A DNA stretch of 64,000 bases from Pirellulaceae bacterium (lineage in GTDB: Bacteria > Planctomycetota > Planctomycetia > Pirellulales > Pirellulaceae): contig JAKVBY010000043.1 in assembly GCA_022446825.1 (NCBI GenBank), forward strand, positions 10,986 through 74,985, written 5' to 3'. The notes beneath the pieces were generated by a model. It had not been told where the DNA came from, searched no databases, and worked only from the letters and a program-made list of their open reading frames with translations. The position numbers were made by a program, and so were the translations under genes. This document shows positions 1 to 9,899 of this stretch, piece after piece (the stretch's first letter is position 1; each line of letters begins with the position of its first letter).

Positions 1-190
1 CACCAATCCGTTCAAAATCACCAATCGTACCGGCGTTATTCCACGTATCTTCGGCAGCCGTTTCATCAGCTGCATCTAGATCGACAAACAGTTCACCTGC
101 AACTTCAATATGCACTGACTCCGACGCGTTCGCTCCGCCAAGCAACAAACACACCAGGGAAGTAAATTGTATAATCGCGTTGGAACCCAT
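1..190 (-). CDS. Hypothetical exported protein; only the N-terminal 63 codons are present and the gene continues off the left edge
   Basis: The reverse complement from ATG (190..188) reads MGSNAIIQFTSLVCLLLGGANASESVHIEVAGELFVDLDAADETAAEDTWNNAGTIGDFERIG and stays open to position 1. It has a signal-peptide-like hydrophobic N-terminus and a GAGG about 11 nt upstream. It is absent from the ORF track because it has no stop inside the window. Confidence 0.45.
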   Translation of the reverse strand, partial: MGSNAIIQFTSLVCLLLGGANASESVHIEVAGELFVDLDAADETAAEDTWNNAGTIGDFERIG

Positions 191-493
191 TGCCGCATGA
201 ACCTCTGCTTGGTGGCGAATGAGAAATTCGTTTAGTGAAAACACCTGATGCGTCAGCCAATGACACATCGAAGTATGATAGTTGAAACTCAGACGAACTT
301 GGGGACCGTCGCAAAATTTTCCTTGACTAATCGACTCAAAGCGGGAATCTTTGCAGCTGTAGAGTCACGCATGAATTGCCTAGCCTGCGTATTTGGAGGC
401 ATCTGCACCAACTCAAAACCAAATCGCTCAGCAAGGCGAATACGGGAAGCAGCTTGGCACGAATCGGTAGCCCAATGAAAACTTTCACCAGAC

Positions 494-2464
494 CTAGCGA
501 GTCGTTGACGTTTGCTTGAAAGGAGTTGGCTCCCCGGATTCAGAAAGCTCTGGAGCAGCAAGAACGGGGATGCGAATTGCTCGAATCTCTTTTTTTCTAG
601 CCAATTTACTTTGACGAGAAAATGACGTTTCTGCCAGCGACACATTGGCGTATTCCAAAAAAGTTCCCCGCGCCAGATGAACATTTGTCAGGGCAAGATT
701 GTAATCGACTACAGATTGAAAAAAGGCAACATCCGCTTCCACACTGCGCCGTTCCGCATCCAGCACAATATTCAAGCTGACTTCACCGATATCATACTTG
801 GCACGGACTGCCTCGGTACGTTCGGCCGCAGCAACGCGCCGATCAACATTCGATCGCGATATCATAAATGCACGATCCAATTCAGCAAACGCCGCAGTCA
901 GTTCATGGGTCACACGAAGTTTTTGCTCCTTCATCAGGCTCTGCTGCCGCGCAAGGCCCAGCTTGGCATGATGAACTGCGACGTGGCCGATGCGGTTCCC
1001 AATCGGCATGCTGAATTCGAATCCCATGTGCCAATCATCAAGCCCATCCCCAAAAAGATCGGTAAACCTATTGGGGCGTGCCTGGCGAGTTCCTGCCAAA
1101 AGCTCGTCACCATAACCACTCAAACCGTAGCGTCCCACCAAGTCTAATTGAGGACGCACGAAGTTGCGCGCGGCAATGAGTTCAAGCTCTCGGCGTCGGA
1201 CCTGGGTCTTCTGCCGTCGCACTTCAATACGTCGCTCCTGGGCCATTGCTTCTGATTCCTGGCGATCGAAGACGACATCAATCCGTGTCAGTTTGTCGGC
1301 CGGAAAAATCAAACGTCCGTCACTTACTGGAATCCCCATCAAATAACGCAGTTTTCGTTCCGACGCGAGTAACCCACCCGCAAAGCCGGCCACCGCGATT
1401 TCGGTGGGCCGCGCTGTTGCCATAACGCGCGGCATCCCACTAATCGCATTCTGCAAGGCGATCTGTGCTGCAAAATATCGTTCCCGTGCCAAAGCTTCTT
1501 GCTCTCGGTCTGCCTCTCCCATTTCGTACTGCGTTTTGACAACTCGCCATACCTCTAAGGCAATGTCGCGTCCTTTCGTCTCCGCATCAACAATCCGATA
1601 GGCCAGATGTAACCGCCAATAGGCATTTTCCACTTGCCAAAGTAGATTGCGCACCGCTGTTTCAAATTCAGCTAATTCAATATCAGTATTTAAGCGTGCT
1701 AAAAGAAGTCCGCGATATCGTCCCGGAATCGCATTCGGTCCTGCAATCCGATTGAACTGGATCCCGGCACCGCGCAAGAGCGGGTGCCTGACTTCTGCGG
1801 CAACGGCCGTATCCCAAATGTGACTCTGAAAATTTCCTATCCCCCGCGGTCGCTGATACTCGGTAACGTTGCCGAGCGAAAAACGAGTCCCGGTAGCGGC
1901 AGTCTTACTGATCGCGAGATTAAGAATACCAAAGCGGCTACCTGCGTTGCTCGGATTCAAAACTCCATTGGTTCGTGACCTTGATTCGACGTTTCCGAGA
2001 AAAAGGCTCGTCGTAAATTGCGCGTCAAATTCGCTCAGTGCAGCGTGGGTACCGCGAATGGCGTTGGCGTCCTGCAAGGCAACGTCATACTTTGAGGCAA
2101 GCCCCTCTGGAGTCTCTAACAGCGTACCGCCAAGCTCTCGAATGACGCGGCTGTTTGCCAGTGTCAGTTCGATAGTTTCCTGTAGCGTGAGTGGCCAGGG
2201 AACACGTTCACTGGGATGCCGTATTGTGTCGGGAGGTGTCCATTCTGACGGACTCTGATTGTATTTTTCGACAACCGGGTAGGCTATTTCTGCAGCGCAC
2301 AATTTTAGATCGTAGGAAGCAGTTTCAAGCTGAGGTTCTTTCTCAAACTGTGCCGTTGCCAAGTCCATGTTTGCGGTCGAGCGACAACCAGCAACCAGTA
2401 GAAGCGCAATAACCAAAGGGAACGCGACAGGGAGAGCCAGTGGCAATATGCGGCAGGACATCAT
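494..2464 (-). CDS. Outer-membrane efflux protein, TolC/OEP family lipoprotein
   Basis: The ORF is 662 aa. The probable start is the ATG ATG at 2464, giving MMSCRILPLALPVAFPLVIALLLVAGC, a lipobox-type signal. It carries the OEP-family motif LTLQETIELTLANSRVIRE and two long coiled repeat halves typical of TolC/NodT proteins. Confidence 0.8.
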   Translation of the reverse strand: MMSCRILPLALPVAFPLVIALLLVAGCRSTANMDLATAQFEKEPQLETASYDLKLCAAEIAYPVVEKYNQSPSEWTPPDTIRHPSERVPWPLTLQETIELTLANSRVIRELGGTLLETPEGLASKYDVALQDANAIRGTHAALSEFDAQFTTSLFLGNVESRSRTNGVLNPSNAGSRFGILNLAISKTAATGTRFSLGNVTEYQRPRGIGNFQSHIWDTAVAAEVRHPLLRGAGIQFNRIAGPNAIPGRYRGLLLARLNTDIELAEFETAVRNLLWQVENAYWRLHLAYRIVDAETKGRDIALEVWRVVKTQYEMGEADREQEALARERYFAAQIALQNAISGMPRVMATARPTEIAVAGFAGGLLASERKLRYLMGIPVSDGRLIFPADKLTRIDVVFDRQESEAMAQERRIEVRRQKTQVRRRELELIAARNFVRPQLDLVGRYGLSGYGDELLAGTRQARPNRFTDLFGDGLDDWHMGFEFSMPIGNRIGHVAVHHAKLGLARQQSLMKEQKLRVTHELTAAFAELDRAFMISRSNVDRRVAAAERTEAVRAKYDIGEVSLNIVLDAERRSVEADVAFFQSVVDYNLALTNVHLARGTFLEYANVSLAETSFSRQSKLARKKEIRAIRIPVLAAPELSESGEPTPFKQTSTTR

Positions 2465-2806
2465 GAGCAAATAGCCGCGCAAAGACAGTAATTGTCGATG
2501 ACCTCAAACAAGCATGGCAGGCAGAATTCAGCTGCGTACCGATTTATTTTATCGGGTCGAAAATGACGTTATCGTGAGAATTACCGGAAGAAAAGAAATA
2601 ATCGCAACAACCGGAACACCTTGCCCTCGTGGGAGTTAAAGGATTTTGGACAGTGCTATCAGTATATGCCAAACAACCACCTGCCAAGTTCACCCACATT
2701 ACCAGAGGCCTTCTCAAGACGCGTTATTGAAGAAAAATCCCGGGCCAAAAAAACAGCACTGACCAGACTCAATCAGAATGCCATCGAGTTTTTTCAAGAA
2801 CTTCGC

Positions 2807-3328
2807 TCACCTGGCCGGCTCACTCGGCACTGGTTTACCGCGTGCTGGCTCACAGAGCGAAGGACAACCGGACATTTCCAAGAGGCGAAATGGCAGGGCA
2901 ATGATGTTCAATCCGAACCGTGTTGCGGAGACGACCGGTTGCAGCGACGGGGCTGCCGTGACCCCGTAACGTTCCAAGCTAGCTTCTTCAAAATAGAGTG
3001 GTGGGTGGCAAAATCGGGCTGTTTTCCAATCGTAAGATATCGCTGGCAAGGCTCGGTCCTGGAATAATTCCTGCTCAGAATTCGGTAATCTCACGAACAA
3101 ATTGTCCGCTTTGGACTGTGGCAAGGCACCTAGTGATGGTGATCCGCCGATCCGAATTTTTGCTAGTGGTTCGATGCCGACCGTTTCGCTCAGACCCTCG
3201 CTCAAACTTTGCCCGTTGAGCACCTTTGCTTGTGCGATCCTCACTTCACCCAAACTCTGCTGGACCGATAGAGTCGTAACGGTGAGAACAGTGAGGACCG
3301 CACACAACGTGAGTCGCTTTTGTGTCAT
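2807..3328 (-). CDS. Hypothetical secreted protein (conserved planctomycete-type)
   Basis: An internal ATG at 3328 is preceded by GGAGG 8 nt upstream. The N-terminus MTQKRLTLCAVLTVLTVTTLSV is signal-like. The HPPLYFEEASLERYG block looks conserved. I recognised no catalytic motif. Confidence 0.55.
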   Translation of the reverse strand: MTQKRLTLCAVLTVLTVTTLSVQQSLGEVRIAQAKVLNGQSLSEGLSETVGIEPLAKIRIGGSPSLGALPQSKADNLFVRLPNSEQELFQDRALPAISYDWKTARFCHPPLYFEEASLERYGVTAAPSLQPVVSATRFGLNIIALPFRLLEMSGCPSLCEPARGKPVPSEPAR

Positions 3329-4319
3329 GGCGCGCCCTCCGTATGACACTAAAAGCTTTCCTGCTAAGTCCATCTAATTTGCCTACTTGCCTACGGATCA
3401 AAGACACGATTTCCCTGATCAATAAAGTCGATAGCTGTTTGCCAAGTTTGACATCGACACGTTTAACGCAAGCAACCGCAAAAACTGGTGACGCCGTCAA
3501 AATCAAGCGGACCCCTGCAACCTCACCATCCTGCGCATTCATCGCAAACGCACCAAAGCATTCCTCGCGCGATCTATGGACCGTTCTGCGACTGCTTCCG
3601 AATCCCATTTACGGTATCTGACCCGAATGAACGACAACCTCTCAGTGGACCGTTGGCAAGGGAGGAGTTGCGAACGTCCTTCATGGCCCCGTGGCTTGAT
3701 TATCGGCTCGTTAAAGTTCTCTGACTTGATGCAACGTTAGGCCGACAATAAGGCTGACGACGGGTTGCCCAACGGATTTAACAAAGCGGTGATGCGGTAC
3801 GTTTCAGCACAAAGAACTCCCGAACCACACCTCGCTGAATTTAGCTACACCTGACATGCACGGTTGGCAAGTCCTTCTCATTAGCAAAAAGCCCGCTGCG
3901 CTAGCATCTGCACTTGGTGAAAACTCGGCAGCACCGCGTGTTTTTACACCATCAGAAAAACAGGTCTTCCTGGTCGTGCTGGCAACTTTGGCCTTCTCAC
4001 CAACTCGCCTCCAGGCAAAACAACCTTACGGCCCACCAATGCTGTCCTGGCCTCACCTCGCAGTAACATCGCCGGTAAGGCGCGGCCCCGATTCGTCAAA
4101 TTCATCTCAACACATCACTCGCTTTACTAGGCCTTCTTTTGAAAACTCGAGTAAGGAAGAGACACTACGGCAACCAAGCACGACACAAACGCAGCTGTGG
4201 CGGTGGAAACAAAACCAAGTCTCTCGTCTTGTCTGAATGAGGCTGCGTGATGGATGACTTAACAGAGAGCCAGGTCACACTTGCACTACTGAAAGAATTA
4301 CTGTGCAAATCGGGAGACA

Positions 4320-5615
4320 TCACTTGTCCGGTTTGTCAGTCTTCTCTCTTGTTTGATCTAGTACAGGTCGAGCAAGTAGGCTGTCGATCACTGCCTCCAT
4401 ACGATTCATCGTGATGCTGCCACGCGACTGCGTGAAGTACAGGACCATCAACTCTTGCGCAGGCCAAACCCAGGCATAAGTACCATCCGACCCGCTGTGA
4501 CCGAAGGCGACGACCTCACCATCTTTGTCATAGAGATGCATCAGCTGACCGTACGACGATCCGAGACCAGCAAACCCGGTTGGCATCGTTGACTTCGACA
4601 CCGGCGTGAGCATTCGTGTGATCGCGGCGCCGGATAATAGCCGTTGTTCATTTACGACACCGCCGTCCATCACCATACCGAGAAAACGCGCGTAATCGAT
4701 GGGCGTCGAGTAGAAACTCTGCGCGAACATCGGAAATGAGAAGTACGGCTTACCCTGCCAACGCCAAAATTGATACCAACGACCTCGGCCGCCGGCATGT
4801 TTTCCCGCAACACGGTCAACTCGCAAATCGCCTTCGCGCAACAACGCCATCGTGTCTCGCATGCCAAGCTTCTCAAACAGCCGTTGCTCGATAAGGGCCT
4901 CAGTGGGCTTACCGTTGGCAAGCTCGATGACTGCGCCGAGCGTGTCGACGTTGGCATCAGCATAGTGGTATCGTTCTCCCGGCGTGAAAAGTTGGGGACC
5001 GTGATCGCCCCAGTAGTCCGCAATCTGCCGGACGTTGCTGTAGCTCGAATAGTCCGACCAGAGTGTACCAGCCGACTTCATCGGGAAACCGCTTCGGTGC
5101 GTCAAAAGGTGTTCGATGGTCACCCCTCGCGACCGTTCGTTATCGAAAGAATCGAGATACTTCGCAACCGAGTCCGTGAGCTTCAAAACACCCTCGTCGA
5201 TCAACATTTGTGCTACAGCACCCGTCAGCGGCTTCGTCATCGAGCGGATACTGAAGATTGTGTTCTTCACCAACGCCTGCTGACTGCGACGATCATCGTA
5301 ACCGAATACCTCATGCATCACGGTGCGCCGGTTCTTAATGACCAACAGTTCCGCACCGACAATCTCTTCCGCCTCTACAAATCCGGTGACAAGTTCGGCC
5401 AGACGCTCAGTCACACCATTAGGAATCCCCTGGCTCTCCGCTGTCGCTGCGGGGAATGGGTCCTCACTCAAATCGAGCTGAACCGCGCTGCCACTTTCGG
5501 CTACCAAAGCATGTTGCCGCTGGCCTCCAGGCATTTTTTCTGCAGCACATACGTCTTGGTAGTGTGCCACGAGCGGGATGGCATTTAGCAAGATGCATAA
5601 ATAGTCGAGTTTCAT
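4320..5615 (-). CDS. Serine hydrolase, beta-lactamase/transpeptidase fold (class C-like esterase/PBP family)
   Basis: The ORF is 431 aa with an N-terminal signal. It has the SxxK active-site motif (FSIRSMTKPLTG) and the HLLTHRSGF block typical of the Beta-lactamase (PF00144-type) family. Confidence 0.85.
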   Translation of the reverse strand: MKLDYLCILLNAIPLVAHYQDVCAAEKMPGGQRQHALVAESGSAVQLDLSEDPFPAATAESQGIPNGVTERLAELVTGFVEAEEIVGAELLVIKNRRTVMHEVFGYDDRRSQQALVKNTIFSIRSMTKPLTGAVAQMLIDEGVLKLTDSVAKYLDSFDNERSRGVTIEHLLTHRSGFPMKSAGTLWSDYSSYSNVRQIADYWGDHGPQLFTPGERYHYADANVDTLGAVIELANGKPTEALIEQRLFEKLGMRDTMALLREGDLRVDRVAGKHAGGRGRWYQFWRWQGKPYFSFPMFAQSFYSTPIDYARFLGMVMDGGVVNEQRLLSGAAITRMLTPVSKSTMPTGFAGLGSSYGQLMHLYDKDGEVVAFGHSGSDGTYAWVWPAQELMVLYFTQSRGSITMNRMEAVIDSLLARPVLDQTREKTDKPDK

Positions 5616-5938
5616 TTTGTTCCTTAAGTTTGATTTAAAGTATCACCATTCTCTCATGCACGATAAAAACACTGCAGGTCAAAAGATCTGGGTTATCTCA
5701 TTGCCTCAAATTCTGCATCGCCAAAGGCAGCATTGACGTTCAGTTAAGACTGGAAGGTTTTCCGTAAATTCGGTTGCCTGCTGGTGAGTCTTCGCTCTTA
5801 TTCGCTTAATCACACCGACTATCCACGCCACTCTCCACGGTTTCGGGGAATTGCTAAGGGTCGTGTTTTAATCCTCAGGCTGCCGAAATCCTGCCATCGT
5901 CACAACACAGGGTATGTTGATTATTTCCCTTTTACTCG

Positions 5939-6931
5939 CTACTGAAAGATTTGCATTACCTCGTCATCTGACTGGCGAATGAACACGTCGAATTTTTTAT
6001 AGAAATCAGCAAGCGGCAAACCCATATGTTTCTTAAAGGCTACGGATTTGCCGAGGCGAGCAATGTCGTGATACCACTCTTTCAGGACCGTAACTTCATC
6101 CACGCCCTGCACATGAATCAAGTATGCAGTCGCCCAGGCTCCAAGCATGTAGTAGACCTGTGCGGAGCCACCTTGGTCCCAATAACTTTCATTATCCAAT
6201 TGCCACTCTTCCGTTTGAGCCAAGAACTCGTTGATGCTAGGCCGGCCAATGTTAGCTCCTGATTTTCGCAGTTCTAACATGTAGCCCTTGAAGTCAACTA
6301 GTCCCAGGTTTTCCATGAACTTTGCGGAACTATAGCTCGCCATTCCTTCAGCCATCCACGAGTTAATGTGCCTGTCGGAAGCTCGTTCTTGTTTGGTGTC
6401 ACAATGGGCCATCTGAAAAACGTGGTGATACTCGTGAAGCGCTCCCCATGTGTTTTCAATCGGATTCTGTTCTCTCTCCTTGGCGTTCGTCGTGACGTCC
6501 TCATAAAGAACTGGCGAGTCCTGAGTCCAGGTTAATCCACCTTCAGCCTTACCCGATAACACGGCCTTTATCTCGGTAACGACATTCGATCGCTTGAGAA
6601 ACTCATTTATCTGCTGTTGCGCGGAAGCAGCGGAATTCGGATCGACTCGGCTGAGAGCCCGCTGACGATAGATTTCACGGACGCTTTGCTCGCTGTCCGG
6701 TCCCAGTAAATAGACATAATACGGACCATAGTTCCCGAAGTACTCGATGGCATAGCGCAGCCCACGTTGATAATGTTCAACGAGAGAACCATCGTCATTC
6801 AGTCCAGCAGCGACAAGCAAAACCGGCGCGACATTTGACGTTGGCTTGTCTTTTTTTACTGCTTCTTCGCCATTCGCCAGCACGGCAATTGAACACGACA
6901 GTAAAAAAGTTAGCAATAAAGAAAGTCGCAT
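5939..6931 (-). CDS. Secreted putative zinc metallopeptidase, peptidase-MA-like
   Basis: The ATG at 6931 is preceded by GGAG. The signal peptide reads MRLSLLLTFLLSCSIAVLANG. It has an HExxH motif (LHEYHHVFQ) followed about 25 aa later by WMAEGMASY, a gluzincin-type third ligand (E) as in Peptidase_MA_2-like proteins. Confidence 0.65.
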   Translation of the reverse strand: MRLSLLLTFLLSCSIAVLANGEEAVKKDKPTSNVAPVLLVAAGLNDDGSLVEHYQRGLRYAIEYFGNYGPYYVYLLGPDSEQSVREIYRQRALSRVDPNSAASAQQQINEFLKRSNVVTEIKAVLSGKAEGGLTWTQDSPVLYEDVTTNAKEREQNPIENTWGALHEYHHVFQMAHCDTKQERASDRHINSWMAEGMASYSSAKFMENLGLVDFKGYMLELRKSGANIGRPSINEFLAQTEEWQLDNESYWDQGGSAQVYYMLGAWATAYLIHVQGVDEVTVLKEWYHDIARLGKSVAFKKHMGLPLADFYKKFDVFIRQSDDEVMQIFQ

Positions 6932-7206
6932 CGGGTAACTCCTAGAGTGCAAGATCTTTGCCGTATTGTATTGAACATCGCCGCCGAGAATTATCCAATG
7001 TTTTGACATCGATTCCAACCAAGAACAGAAAGAAACCTAAAGTGATCCAAAACGCTTACCACGAATTCAACATTAGAACGTCTTCAGGCAACTAAAGTCT
7101 TTTCGCCGCTTCGGTCTATTTTGGCGGATATCGAAATTGCCTTGACAAAACGGGCCCTTCACAACAATTCATTTTAAGCCTATTTTACTAGGGTCAAATT
7201 ACACAT

Positions 7207-7291
7207 GCGGATGTGGCGGAACTGGCAGACGCGCTAGATTCAGGTTCTAGTGTCCGTTAAGGACGTGGAGGTTCGAATCCTCTCATCCGCA
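7207..7291 (+). tRNA. tRNA-Leu (anticodon CAG), class II with long variable arm
   Basis: Hand-folded cloverleaf: acceptor GCGGATG/CATCCGC plus discriminator A; D arm GCGGAACTGGCAGACGC; anticodon stem CTAGA/TCTAG with loop TTCAGGT (CAG); variable arm TGTCCGTTAAGGACG; T arm GGAGGTTCGAATCCTCT. Confidence 0.9.
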
Positions 7292-7304
7292 CTGATAAAA
7301 CAAG

Positions 7305-7337
7305 GGTTTCTGGTCAATCGACTGGGAACCTTTTTTT
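7305..7337 (+). terminator. Possible rho-independent terminator after tRNA-Leu
   Basis: GGTTTC ... GGGAACC forms a 6-bp stem including one G-U pair, with a 13-nt loop, and is followed directly by TTTTTTT. Confidence 0.4.
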
Positions 7338-7807
7338 GTAGGCAGAAACCATTGTGGGCAGAAACCTAGTTCCCAAAAAACTCCCGATCTCAAGGCATTT
7401 AGGAAAGGACAACCATAACAAAATATGAATATAAAAGTTTGCAGTTGCCCCCTGCAGGATTCTCCTCCCGAATAGATGAAACGGACATGCAAGCCAAATT
7501 GTCTGATTTGGGGGAACAGGGCTAGGAGCTCGTTAGTACATTTGCCACAGCCATGGGTGGTGGAGGTACAACATCGGTTGTCTTTCTGTTCAAGCGGTCG
7601 CAATAATCATTTAGAGCATGACCAAACACGGGCATCGAATCGGCAAGGCTAATCTTTCTATACGGTACGCTGAGAAAGGCGCCAGCCAGCTGTACATAGT
7701 ACGGTACCAAGCCAGACCATTCCGTTCCGGTCTTGCCCATTTTTTTCCGGCGAAGGCCGAGCGTTGGAATTCACCATCGAGTTGATTCGCCCAAAAAGCA
7801 AAGAAGA

Positions 7808-8755
7808 TTAGTTCGCGGGTTTGTTTTGCTGAAAGTGCCGGGCCAGTTCAAGAACTGTTTTCCACACCGTGGCCAGGTCCCCCATGACGATATAGTTGTC
7901 AAAATAATAATCGCCAGGTGGGACGCCTGCAGAGTCCCGAATTCTAAATACACTGTTCCATTTAGTAACCTGGGCAGCAGGAAAACGAAATCTTCCGTAA
8001 CCTGCATTCTCGTAGCCTTTGCTAGGTTGCTGCGGGGAGAATACTCCCATCGCTAGAGACTTATCTGATCGTGCCAGAATCACCGGCAGTGCTTGTTCAC
8101 CAGGACCATCGTTAAGACCCACGAGTCTTTGGTTCTCGACATCGACGCCCCAAAAAGTGTCGAAACTAGCGGGCATATAACCTGTGACCGCTTCAAATTG
8201 AGCGTAGCGATGAAATTCTCCCACGGGTGTTGAAAACGTGGCCTCATAGCGAATGACGTTAGGCCATTGTTTAAATCCAAGGGTGATTCGTTTTGTCAAA
8301 AGGTGGTTTGACAACAGAGTGCGGTTTTTCGCAGGATTGCCGCCAGAGAATTGTTCTGGGGTTAACCAGAAAGCCATTTGAGAGGTGGTTTGCAATTGAG
8401 TTTTGGTGTGCGTCAAATGCAACAACTTGCTGGTACTTGTTGAACCGGCTCCATCTGCTCGAGAACCCGCTTCGGTTGGATTGAAAGTCTCGCCGCTGAA
8501 ACGTGAGCCAAAATCAAAATTACTGGCAGACTGTAGTTGCCTGCCGTGATCCTGGCTGTTGATGAATTCATGTCCACGCCATTGGATGCTATGAACAGCA
8601 CCTGCCAGTCGAGGAGTAATCATTAGCCGCAATTCACTCCCCAGAACATCTGCCGAAATCTGCAGAGGGGATCTGAAATCAGCCGGCTTCACCGCTGTCT
8701 GGCCTAAAAGAGGACCGGCCGGAAAGATCAATAAAATTAAAAACGGGATGCGCAT
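7808..8755 (-). CDS. Hypothetical secreted protein (unknown family)
   Basis: The ORF is 315 aa with a clear signal peptide, MRIPFLILLIFPAGPLLGQTA. The composition looks beta-rich and I recognised no motif. Confidence 0.65.
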   Translation of the reverse strand: MRIPFLILLIFPAGPLLGQTAVKPADFRSPLQISADVLGSELRLMITPRLAGAVHSIQWRGHEFINSQDHGRQLQSASNFDFGSRFSGETFNPTEAGSRADGAGSTSTSKLLHLTHTKTQLQTTSQMAFWLTPEQFSGGNPAKNRTLLSNHLLTKRITLGFKQWPNVIRYEATFSTPVGEFHRYAQFEAVTGYMPASFDTFWGVDVENQRLVGLNDGPGEQALPVILARSDKSLAMGVFSPQQPSKGYENAGYGRFRFPAAQVTKWNSVFRIRDSAGVPPGDYYFDNYIVMGDLATVWKTVLELARHFQQNKPAN

Positions 8756-9009
8756 GATGAATCAAGAACGAAAAATAGCTGCCCTTTATTATGCAGCAGG
8801 GTTACCAAGAAAATGATCTGTGACTAAGAGAAAATCGAAACCAGAATTAAAGTGCTTTGGTTTTGATATTCTTCCAAGGAACTTCCAACGAGACAGCTGA
8901 AACTCGCCACGATAATCAGAGCAGAGATTCGATTTTGCGATCATGGTCCCACAGACGAAAACATGCACTGCCTGGACAGGCCTGATCACGTCTGGCGCTG
9001 GCCCACTGG

Positions 9010-9822
9010 TTACCCAAGCTTGTCGAAGTCAAACTTCTGTGCCTTGATTGCTTCATCAATGAAGCGTTGATCTGCTTCGGAAAGAAACTCCGTATAACCT
9101 CCAATTTCACCTCTACGTGTCTTATAGGATTCCGGATCCTCGGGGTTTCTGGTCCGCAACGAGCTTTCCTTAAATCTGCCTTGCGCTTCTAACTTTCTCA
9201 GCTTGTCAAAAGCACAGTATTCCACACTTTGCTCCAGAGTGTTATCGTCAATGTCATTTTCACCAATAAAGTTAAGGACTCGGGCAAGGGTGGCCTGCGG
9301 ATTCTGATGCAACTGCTCATAGCGAATAAAGAGAAATGAGTCTGTCAAATGTCGAGTCCGCAACCAGATGTCATAAAATTCCAGTATTCTTAACACACCA
9401 AACCGGCGTGTTGCAATAAATTCTGAAATGGTACCCGTAAAAAGAAACGACCTTTTCGTCGCCTGAAAATATGAGGATACCAGGATATCTTTGACATCAC
9501 GTCCTAACAATATCACATGATTGTAGGACCGCTTGTGCCTGACACGCGAAAGGTCTTTGGGAGGTCCCACTGAATCACTACCCATTTCTGTTCCGGCATG
9601 AGTGAATGACACTTTTGGCAAACCACTTTTTGTCGTGATGCTCTCCGTTGACAAGATGAGATCCTCAGGAATTTCATATTTCAGTGACAGGTATTTCCCT
9701 ATCAAGGCTCGCAACCAGGTTCTTCCACTTTTCGGATATGAAACAATGTACACGTCCGACTCCGCAGAAGTCTTCGGCCTGCCCGATAGGGTGCGCAACA
9801 ACATCCTGATCGCTTGTTTCAT
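9010..9822 (-). CDS. Sulfotransferase (PAPS-dependent, Sulfotransfer_1-like)
   Basis: It carries the 5'-phosphosulfate-binding loop YPKSGRTWLRALIGKY (consensus PKSGTTW). The preferred start is ATG 9822 (MKQAIRML), with GGAG 5 nt upstream. The ORF-track start at 9885 is a GTG. Confidence 0.8.
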   Translation of the reverse strand: MKQAIRMLLRTLSGRPKTSAESDVYIVSYPKSGRTWLRALIGKYLSLKYEIPEDLILSTESITTKSGLPKVSFTHAGTEMGSDSVGPPKDLSRVRHKRSYNHVILLGRDVKDILVSSYFQATKRSFLFTGTISEFIATRRFGVLRILEFYDIWLRTRHLTDSFLFIRYEQLHQNPQATLARVLNFIGENDIDDNTLEQSVEYCAFDKLRKLEAQGRFKESSLRTRNPEDPESYKTRRGEIGGYTEFLSEADQRFIDEAIKAQKFDFDKLG

Positions 9823-9899
9823 CAAGTCTCCATCACAAAAATCTAGTTCAAAGCTGAGCGGCAACGAGCAAAAAACGGCCAGCACAACGCCCTAGCTCG

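Noticed and set aside
2621-3067. A 148-aa plus-strand ORF between the TolC-like gene and the secreted-protein gene.
   Set aside because: It overlaps the better-supported minus-strand gene (2807..3328), which has GGAGG plus a signal peptide. Its own sequence has no recognisable features.
3856-4236. A 126-aa ORF (+), together with 3246..3608 (-), in the 950-nt gap. These were considered as possible genes.
   Set aside because: The translations are Pro/Ser/Thr/Arg-rich with no hydrophobic periodicity, no RBS and no motif. The region is kept only as an unexplained gap (see findings).
4770-5588. Large antisense ORFs inside well-supported genes. Examples: 4770..5588 (+, 272 aa) in the beta-lactamase-fold gene; 16656..17324 (+, 222 aa) and 17868..18350 (+) in ureC; 24821..25459 (+, 212 aa) in urtA; 47501..47935 (-) in mfd; 36887..37312 (-) in the giant gene.
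   Set aside because: They lie entirely opposite genes with strong motif support. Their translations are Arg/Ser/Pro-rich and motif-free, which is typical of shadow ORFs. None has a convincing RBS.
7283-7740. Two small minus-strand ORFs (72 aa and 106 aa) next to tRNA-Leu, examined as a possible frameshifted integrase or transposase remnant.
   Set aside because: There is no tyrosine-recombinase (R..H..R..Y), DDE or HTH motif in any frame I read. I also found no direct repeat of the tRNA 3' end elsewhere in the window. There is not enough evidence to call a mobile-element relic.
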